Shown one piece after another: positions 56,148-64,000 of a DNA stretch of 64,000 nt. Below the pieces are notes generated by a model. It made no database searches. It was not told where the DNA came from and was given only the letters and a program-made list of their open reading frames with translations. A program made the translations under genes and the position numbers. The first letter of the stretch is position 1; each line of letters begins with the position of its first letter. The DNA is from Caulobacterales bacterium (GTDB lineage: Bacteria > Pseudomonadota > Alphaproteobacteria > Caulobacterales > Caulobacteraceae), in contig JBBQTP010000001.1 of assembly GCA_038213205.1 (NCBI GenBank), positions 370-64,369 of the forward strand. The letters run 5' to 3'.

Positions 56148-56478
56148 GAGCGTCTCCCACCAGAACCTGTTGCACCGCGCCCGTCACTCGGGCCCAAAGA
56201 TCTGTCAGCTCGGTCAGGCGCGAGGCGCCGGCCGGGGACAGGGCGTAGTAGATGCGGCTGCGTCCGTTCACCGCGCGCCGCTGCGCCGTGATCGCGCCGC
56301 TCTTCTCCAGGGCGTGCAGGACGGGATAGACCACGCCCTCGCCGAGGTTGACGACCTCGCCGGTCTCGTCGCGGATCGCCTGCACGATCTGGTAGCCGTA
56401 CATCTCGCCGTTGCGCAGCAGGCGCAGGACGAGGAGTTCGGGCACGCCGTTCATGAAGCTGGGATTGGTCGCCGCCAT
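56131..56478 (-). CDS. PadR-family transcriptional regulator
   Basis: 115 aa. LLVLRLLRNGEMYGYQIVQAIRDETGEVVNLGEGVVYPVLHALEKSGAI. Confidence 0.9.
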   Translation of the reverse strand: MAATNPSFMNGVPELLVLRLLRNGEMYGYQIVQAIRDETGEVVNLGEGVVYPVLHALEKSGAITAQRRAVNGRSRIYYALSPAGASRLTELTDLWARVTGAVQQVLVGDAHVSLV

Positions 56479-56491
56479 GGGGTCCGTCTCG

Positions 56492-56535
56492 ATACCTAGA
56501 ACTGATAGGTATTGATACCTATTGGTTCGAGGTAT
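56492..56535. promoter_or_regulatory. two adjacent palindromic operators ATACCTA-N7-TAGGTAT / ATACCTA-N8-AGGTAT upstream of padR
   Basis: gATACCTAgaactgaTAGGTATtgATACCTAttggttcgAGGTATgc, 14 nt upstream of the PadR start codon. Confidence 0.55.
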
Positions 56536-56556
56536 GCAAGCGTGAATTTAGAACCA

Positions 56557-56586
56557 CGAAAAAGGGCCGCCCTTGCGGGCGGCCCT
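56557..56586 (-). terminator. intrinsic terminator of the PEP-CTERM protein gene
   Basis: On the minus strand, AGGGCCGCCCGCAAGGGCGGCCCT followed by TTTTTCG, 22 nt after the stop. Confidence 0.7.
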
Positions 56587-56607
56587 TAGCAGGTCGATGC
56601 AGTGGCT

Positions 56608-57282
56608 CTAGGCGACGGTGAGCGCACCCCGGCGACGGCGCAGGACCGCGCCCGCCGCGCCGAACCCCAGGATCATCAGCGCCCAACTGGCCGGTTCCGG
56701 CACGCCTGGCGCCCTCGTCGACAGGCTGATGTCGTCGAGGGTGAAGTCGTTGCCGCTGAAGGCGAGGTTCTGGTTCACCAGGGCAATGTTGGCAGTGGTG
56801 CTGACCCCGGAATTCCAGCTGGCGAAGAACTGCTGCCAGAGCCCCGTGGTGGAGCTCGCCGTGAAGGTCGGGCCGATGGCCGAGCCGTTGATGCTGAAGT
56901 CCAGCTGGGCCGGGGCGGCTGAATAGCTCGAGGCGATCCAAGTGGAGAAGAAGTAGGTAGTGCCCGGCGCGACGGCGATTCCGTTCTCGAACCAGACCTT
57001 CTTGCCGCCCTTATCTGCCCCGTTGATGATCATCATGTTGCCAGCACCGCTCGTGTTGTCGCCGTAGCTGGCCCACGAGGGGTGGACGTTGTTGGGGCTG
57101 GTGTCGATGGCGTAGACGGCCGGCGGCAAGGCCGAACTTGGCCCCGACACGAAGGTGTAGTCGCTGCCGAAGCCGGTGTTGCCGGCGGAGAAGTCGCCGT
57201 TGATGACCAGATTGGCTGCCTGGGTGGCCGAGCCCACGAGGGCGGCGGCCATAGCCACGGTCAAAAGGAGTTTCATACGCAT
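56608..57282 (-). CDS. secreted protein with C-terminal PEP-CTERM (PEPxxWA) sorting signal
   Basis: 224 aa with a signal peptide. The C-terminus VPEPASWALMILGFGAAGAVLRRRR is PEP + TM + Arg cluster. Confidence 0.8.
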   Translation of the reverse strand: MRMKLLLTVAMAAALVGSATQAANLVINGDFSAGNTGFGSDYTFVSGPSSALPPAVYAIDTSPNNVHPSWASYGDNTSGAGNMMIINGADKGGKKVWFENGIAVAPGTTYFFSTWIASSYSAAPAQLDFSINGSAIGPTFTASSTTGLWQQFFASWNSGVSTTANIALVNQNLAFSGNDFTLDDISLSTRAPGVPEPASWALMILGFGAAGAVLRRRRGALTVA

Positions 57283-57300
57283 CGCAGCCTCGTGAAATCA

Positions 57301-57334
57301 CGACCTCCGTGCGGGCTGTACCGAACGGAGGTCG
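57301..57334 (-). terminator. 10-bp perfect hairpin downstream of the thiolase gene (weak U-tract)
   Basis: CGACCTCCGT-N14-ACGGAGGTCG. On the minus strand it is followed by TGATTTC. It could also be a 5'-UTR element of the PEP-CTERM gene. Confidence 0.4.
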
Positions 57335-57472
57335 CAGTTGAAGTAACGCTAGTCAGTGAACTTCAGGTCCACAATCGGATTCCCCTGTGGCGCGTGTTCT
57401 TTGCTTTACGTATTTGGCCGAACACAATCCTAGAGGGGTATGGAACGAGAGATGCAATCATAGGCGCCCTTC

Positions 57473-58678
57473 TTAGAAAATCTCGAACAATCCCGCCGCG
57501 CCCATGCCGCCGCCGATGCACATGGTGACGACGCCGTACTTGGCCCCGCGGCGCTTGCCTTCGTAGAGGAGGTGCGCCGTGCAGCGGGCGCCGGTCATGC
57601 CGTAGGGGTGACCGATCGAGATCGAGCCGCCGGAGACGTTGTACTTCGCCGGGTCGATGCCTAGCTTGTCGCGGCAATAGAGCGCCTGGGAGGCGAACGC
57701 TTCGTTCAGCTCCCAGATGTCGATGTCCTCGATTTTCAGGCCGTTACGCTCGAGCAGCTTGGGGATCGCGAACACCGGACCAATGCCCATCTCCTCAGGG
57801 CCGCAGCCGGCGACCGCCATGCCGCGATAGACGCCGAGCGCTTCCATGCCGCGCTTCTCGGCTTCCTTACCTTCCATCATCAGCACCGCCGCCGCGCCGT
57901 CCGAAAGCTGGCTCGCGTTGCCGGCGGTGATGAACTTGCCTTCCTTCACATAGCGGCCACCCTTGAACACCGGGGTCAGCTTCTGCAGGTCGGCCAGCGT
58001 GGTCTGCGGGCGGTTGCCCTCATCGGCGCTGATGGTGATTTCCTTGTCGGCCGTCTCACCGGTCTCCTTATTGACCACCACCTTCATGACCGTGGTCATC
58101 GGCGCGATCTCGCGGTCGAAGCGGCCCTCGGCCTGGGCCTGGGCGGTGCGCTGCTGCGATTGCAGGGCGTACTCGTCCTGGTACTCGCGGCTGACGCCGT
58201 AGCGTTCGGCGACGACCTCGGCGGTTTCCAGCATCGAGGTGGCCAGCGCCGGGACGTGCTCGGACAGCCAGGGATCGCGGGCCATGAAGCCGTTGAGGTT
58301 GCCGTTCTGCACGAGGCTGATCGACTCGATGCCGGCTCCAATGGCGATCGGCGCACCGTCGGTGATGATGTACTTGGCCGCGGTCGCCACACCCATCAGG
58401 CCCGAGCTGCACTGACGGTCGATGGTCATGCCCGAAACGGTGACCGGCATGCCGGCGCGCAGCGCCGCCTGGCGGGCGATGTTGTTGCCCGTGGTGCCCT
58501 GCTGCAGGGCGCAGCCCATGGCGATGTCGTCGACTTCGCCTGGGTCGATGCCGGCCTGCTCGATCACGGCGGAGAGCGCGTGGGCGCCGAGCGTTGCGCC
58601 ATAGGTGTTGTTGAACGCGCCGCGGTAGGCCTTGCCGATGGCGGTGCGGCGGGCGGCGACGATGACGGCTTCACGCAT
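57473..58678 (-). CDS. fadA: acetyl-CoA C-acyltransferase (thiolase)
   Basis: 401 aa. [11 protein letters not shown] (active-site Cys), [16 protein letters not shown] and CIGGGMG. Confidence 0.9.
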   Translation of the reverse strand: MREAVIVAARRTAIGKAYRGAFNNTYGATLGAHALSAVIEQAGIDPGEVDDIAMGCALQQGTTGNNIARQAALRAGMPVTVSGMTIDRQCSSGLMGVATAAKYIITDGAPIAIGAGIESISLVQNGNLNGFMARDPWLSEHVPALATSMLETAEVVAERYGVSREYQDEYALQSQQRTAQAQAEGRFDREIAPMTTVMKVVVNKETGETADKEITISADEGNRPQTTLADLQKLTPVFKGGRYVKEGKFITAGNASQLSDGAAAVLMMEGKEAEKRGMEALGVYRGMAVAGCGPEEMGIGPVFAIPKLLERNGLKIEDIDIWELNEAFASQALYCRDKLGIDPAKYNVSGGSISIGHPYGMTGARCTAHLLYEGKRRGAKYGVVTMCIGGGMGAAGLFEIF

Positions 58679-58714
58679 GAGCTAGTTCCTTGGTTTCAGT
58701 TCGATCTCTAAGTT

Positions 58715-58819
58715 CCGCTCATCCCGGCGAAAGCCGGGACCCAAGCTGAGCCTGCCAGGGTCCCTGTTCAGGGGTGTGCGATCCGCCCAATGGGTCCCGG
58801 CTTTCGCCGGGATGAGCGG
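58715..58819. repeat. 105-bp palindromic intergenic element (28-bp perfect arms)
   Basis: CCGCTCATCCCGGCGAAAGCCGGGACCC (58715..58742) is the exact reverse complement of GGGTCCCGGCTTTCGCCGGGATGAGCGG (58792..58819). It lies between fadB and fadA. Confidence 0.8.
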
Positions 58820-58826
58820 TGTATCT

Positions 58827-60905
<2,079 letters not shown>

Positions 60906-61064
60906 GGGGGGCTTCCTCGATGGGCTGCCGACCGCCCTTGTAGATGGGCGCGTCGCCGGAAAATTCAAACGCTTGTTACAGGCCACGCTGGACCCCTCCA
61001 AGTCAAATGTGCGAGGGGAAATGAGGCGGTGGAAAGCCGCGGCAACCGGATGAGGGGACGCGCC

Positions 61065-61841
61065 ATGGCGCTCGATCTGTTTTCGCTAGAAGGGCGCGTG
61101 GCGCTGATCACCGGAGGCTCGCGCGGCATCGGCAAGATGATCGCCAAGGGCTTCATCGAACAGGGCGCCAAGGTCTACATCTCGTCGCGCAAGGCGCCGG
61201 CCTGCGTCGAGACCGCCGAGGAACTGGGCCCGAACTGCTTCGCCCTGCCGCAGGACGTTTCGACGCTCGAGGGCGTCAAGGCGCTGGCCGCGGCCTTCTC
61301 GGCCAAGGAGCCCAAGCTCGACATCCTGGTGAACAACGCCGGCGCCGCCTGGGGCGCGCCCTTTGATGAGTTCCCCGAGAGCGGCTGGGACAAGGTGCTG
61401 AACCTGAACCTGAAGTCGCCGTTCTTCCTGACCCAGGCGCTGCACGGGGCGCTGAAGGCCGCGGCCAGTCGCGAGCAGCCAGCCAAGGTGATCAACATTT
61501 GCTCGATCGACGGCATCCGGCTCAATCCGCAGGAGACCTACAGCTACCACGCCTCGAAGTCGGGGCTGATCTACCTGACCCGCCGGATGGCGGCCAGACT
61601 GATCGAGGACGCCATCAACGTCACCGCCATCGCGCCCGGCGCCTTTGCCTCGGAGATGAACCGCGTGGCCCGCGACCAGGGCGAGGAAGTCGCCAAGCGC
61701 ATTCCGTCGCGCCGCATCGGGCGCGACGAGGACATGGCTGCCGCGGCGATCTACCTGGCCAGCCGCGCGGGCGACTATGTGGTCGGCGAGACCATCGCGG
61801 TGGACGGCGGGGTGGCGCTGGCGAGCATGGGCGGCCTCTGA
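61065..61841 (+). CDS. SDR-family oxidoreductase
   Basis: MALDLFSLEGRVALITGGSRGIGKMIA (TGxxxGIG), NNAG and YHASK (YxxxK). An alternative ATG lies at 61050. Confidence 0.85.
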   Translation: MALDLFSLEGRVALITGGSRGIGKMIAKGFIEQGAKVYISSRKAPACVETAEELGPNCFALPQDVSTLEGVKALAAAFSAKEPKLDILVNNAGAAWGAPFDEFPESGWDKVLNLNLKSPFFLTQALHGALKAAASREQPAKVINICSIDGIRLNPQETYSYHASKSGLIYLTRRMAARLIEDAINVTAIAPGAFASEMNRVARDQGEEVAKRIPSRRIGRDEDMAAAAIYLASRAGDYVVGETIAVDGGVALASMGGL

Positions 61842-61907
61842 ACGGCGATCGCCTCAGTTTCGCGCGGATTGGGCTAATGCTGGCTGCGTGACCCGAGATC
61901 TTCGCCC

Positions 61908-64000
61908 TTGACCGCCCCCAAAGCCGTCCGTCGCCGCGGAGGCCGCACCTTGGCGGTGGGGGGGCTCGTTGCGCTGCTGGTGCTCGCCCTAGCGTTTTAT
62001 GCCGCGCGAAGGCTGATCGCGCGCGAGGTGCTGGTCGGCTGGCTCCGCGCGCACGGCGTCGCTGCGACCGCGCAGGTCAGCGCCCTGGGCCTGGGCGGTG
62101 TTTCCGGGACCGTGCGGGCGGGGGACCCGGCCGCGCCCGGCTTCGCCGCCGGGGACGCGGTCGTGACCTACGGCCTGCGGGGCCTCAGCCTCGAGGTGCG
62201 CAGCGTCCGGTTGATCCATCCCGTGGTGCGGGCCCGGTTGCACGCCGGCAAGCTGAGCTTCGGCGCCCTCGATCCGCTGGTCGACGAGCTGCGCAAACGC
62301 CCCCCGCGCCTCGACACCACCCAGCCGCGGATCGAGATCGATCAGGGCCTGCTGCTGCTCACAACCGATCTCGGTCCTCTGCAGGTGACCGCCGACATGA
62401 CGATGAAGGACGGCCGACTCTTGGCCTTGGAGGCCTCGTCCGCGTCAACCCATCTGCGCGGCGCGCAGCTCGAGGCCGACCTTGGGCCGGGATCGCTGCG
62501 GCTGCGCGCCACCGGCGATCGGGTCGACATCAGCTTCGATGGCGCCGCCACCAGGATTGCCGCCCCCGGGCTCGCGGCCGACGGCGCGCGCCTGCGGCTT
62601 ACCGCCCAGGCGCCCTATCCGGATTTCAAGCACCATCGCGACGACGGCCAGCTGACCGTCACCGCCGACCTGAGCGGCGACCGCTTCGCCGTCTCCGGCC
62701 GGAGCATCGCCGGAGCCAGGCTCACCGCCGCGCTCCAGGGCCGGACCGCGGGCTGGATCGACACCCTGACCGTGACCGGTCCCGCCCAGGCGAGCCTGCG
62801 CGCCGCCTCGGGCGCCCTGGGTGCTGTCCGCACCGGCGCCCTGGAGGCCCACGCCGACGCCGCCCGCCTCAGTTGGCGCCGCAGTGGCGGCGATGCCGTC
62901 CAGGGCGCGCCCGCCCTGACCTACGCCGTGCATGATCTCAGCGCCGGCGACCTGCGCTTGCCCGTGATCTCCGGCGACGCGCGCGGGCCGGTGGGGTTCG
63001 GGCCCAAGGGTCTCGCGCTCGCTCTGACCGGGGACGCCACCGGCCGCGGCGGCTGGACGGCCCTCGGGCCTCCGGTCGCCACCGATTCCAGCGAGATCGC
63101 CGCGCTGAAGCGAGGCCTGCGCGACCTGCGGATCTCCGCGCCGGGAGTCGCGCTCCGCCTGGCCGGCGGCCGCACCGATCTGGCGCTCACCCGCCCGGTG
63201 CGCCTGGCGCCCACGACCGGCGGGGAGGTGGTGCTCACCCCCCGGGCCGGCGGCGCCTGGAACCTCACGGTGGCCGGCGGCGGCCTGCCCAGGGTCGTGG
63301 CCGACGCCGACCACGTCAGCTTCTCGAGTGGCGCCATGGCCGCCACCGGCCGGGTCAAGGCGGGCCTTTCCATCGGCCCGGTGATCGACGGGGACTTCGA
63401 CGCTGCGGGCGCGCTTCATATCGCCGGCGGCGTGACCAGCTTCACCGCCAGCCGCTGCGCCGCGATCAAGGCGAGGCGTCTGGAGCTCGGCGTCAACGAT
63501 GTCCTTGGCCTGGACGGCCGGCTCTGCCCCTCGGGCCCACCCTTGCTGACGCTCAGCCACGGCGCCTGGCGGATCGTCGGCCGGGTTGATGGGGCCGCCG
63601 CCAACGTCCCGTTCCTGCAGGCTCGGCTACAGGCCGCTGCGGGCCGGATCGAGCTTGGCCAGGCGCGCGGACGCCTCAGCGCCAATACCGCCATTGCCTC
63701 GGCCGAGATCCACGACACAGCCGCCGCCACGCGCTTCCGCCCGCTGCTGATGTCCGGGACGGCGACGTTGGCGGGCGACGCCTGGGTCGGCGATCTCGAC
63801 TTCCGCACGCCGGCCGGCCAGGCGATCGCGCATGCCGGGCTCCGCCACGCGACCGGCTCGGGCGTCGGCCGCGTCGAGATCGCGACGCCCACCCTGCGCT
63901 TCGCCGAGGGGGGGTTACAGCCCCTGCAGCTGTCGCCGCTGGCGACGGCGGTGGGTTCGCCGGCCGCCGGGTTGGCGATCTTTACCGGCCACTTCGACTG
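61908..64000 (+). CDS. large N-terminally anchored protein, open at the right edge (YdbH/AsmA-like?)
   Basis: Not in the track because it has no stop in the window. From TTG 61908 it reads TAPKAVRRRGGRTLAVGGLVALLVLALAFYAARRLIAREVLVGWLRAHGV...LSLEVRSVRLIHPVVRARLHAGKLSFGALDPLVDEL.... No plus-strand ORF of >=60 aa is listed anywhere in 61.9-64 kb, and all long minus-strand ORFs there are Arg/Gly-rich shadows. The function is a guess. Confidence 0.55.
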   Translation, partial: MTAPKAVRRRGGRTLAVGGLVALLVLALAFYAARRLIAREVLVGWLRAHGVAATAQVSALGLGGVSGTVRAGDPAAPGFAAGDAVVTYGLRGLSLEVRSVRLIHPVVRARLHAGKLSFGALDPLVDELRKRPPRLDTTQPRIEIDQGLLLLTTDLGPLQVTADMTMKDGRLLALEASSASTHLRGAQLEADLGPGSLRLRATGDRVDISFDGAATRIAAPGLAADGARLRLTAQAPYPDFKHHRDDGQLTVTADLSGDRFAVSGRSIAGARLTAALQGRTAGWIDTLTVTGPAQASLRAASGALGAVRTGALEAHADAARLSWRRSGGDAVQGAPALTYAVHDLSAGDLRLPVISGDARGPVGFGPKGLALALTGDATGRGGWTALGPPVATDSSEIAALKRGLRDLRISAPGVALRLAGGRTDLALTRPVRLAPTTGGEVVLTPRAGGAWNLTVAGGGLPRVVADADHVSFSSGAMAATGRVKAGLSIGPVIDGDFDAAGALHIAGGVTSFTASRCAAIKARRLELGVNDVLGLDGRLCPSGPPLLTLSHGAWRIVGRVDGAAANVPFLQARLQAAAGRIELGQARGRLSANTAIASAEIHDTAAATRFRPLLMSGTATLAGDAWVGDLDFRTPAGQAIAHAGLRHATGSGVGRVEIATPTLRFAEGGLQPLQLSPLATAVGSPAAGLAIFTGHFD

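Noticed and set aside
62445-63560. 371-aa and other minus-strand ORFs at the right end
   Set aside because: They are shadows of the plus-strand frame that stays open from 61908 to the window edge. Their composition is Gly/Ala/Arg/Pro-dominated and no motifs are present.

Overview
The window is very GC-rich and looks like an alphaproteobacterial chromosome of Caulobacter or Phenylobacterium type. That inference rests on a 12-gene chemotaxis operon with the Caulobacter mcpA-cheX-cheYI-cheA-cheW-cheR-cheB-cheYII-cheD-cheU-cheYIII-cheE order. Most long ORFs in the supplied track are antisense or off-frame shadows. I kept only ORFs with a recognisable family, high third-position GC, or translational coupling.

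Layout from left to right:
- A P4-type tyrosine integrase runs off the left edge. It is absent from the track.
- Next to it is a Cu/Ag efflux operon (small Cys/Met/His-rich ORF, then cusC, cusB, cusA, cusF) and a porin.
- Then come an XRE-cupin regulator and the tightly coupled che operon. cheYII in that operon carries an apparent 1-nt frameshift.
- A regulatory neighbourhood follows: MarR, an OprB porin fused by ATGA overlap to a membrane hybrid kinase, a soluble PAS hybrid kinase, AraC, a divergent CtrA-like regulator, and a His-less DHp-receiver protein.
- Further right are an amidase, a YadA-like trimeric autotransporter, and transporters.
- After those come an LLM oxidoreductase, a hydrolase and an AlkB-like oxygenase, then a beta-helix/diheme cytochrome pair.
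- A rubrerythrin/CCG Fe-S/DUF3501 triad and two tandem MHS transporters follow.
- The window ends with a PadR module, a PEP-CTERM protein, fadBA, an SDR, and a large open-ended membrane-anchored protein.

I see no rRNA, tRNA, CRISPR array, transposase or recognisable defence system.

The most interesting candidate is the CtrA-paralogue / pseudo-DHp-REC / hybrid-kinase module. Repeated ATTCCCA and TTAA-type motifs in three promoters of the window may be related to it. All family calls come from reading the translations and from memory; none has been checked by a database search.
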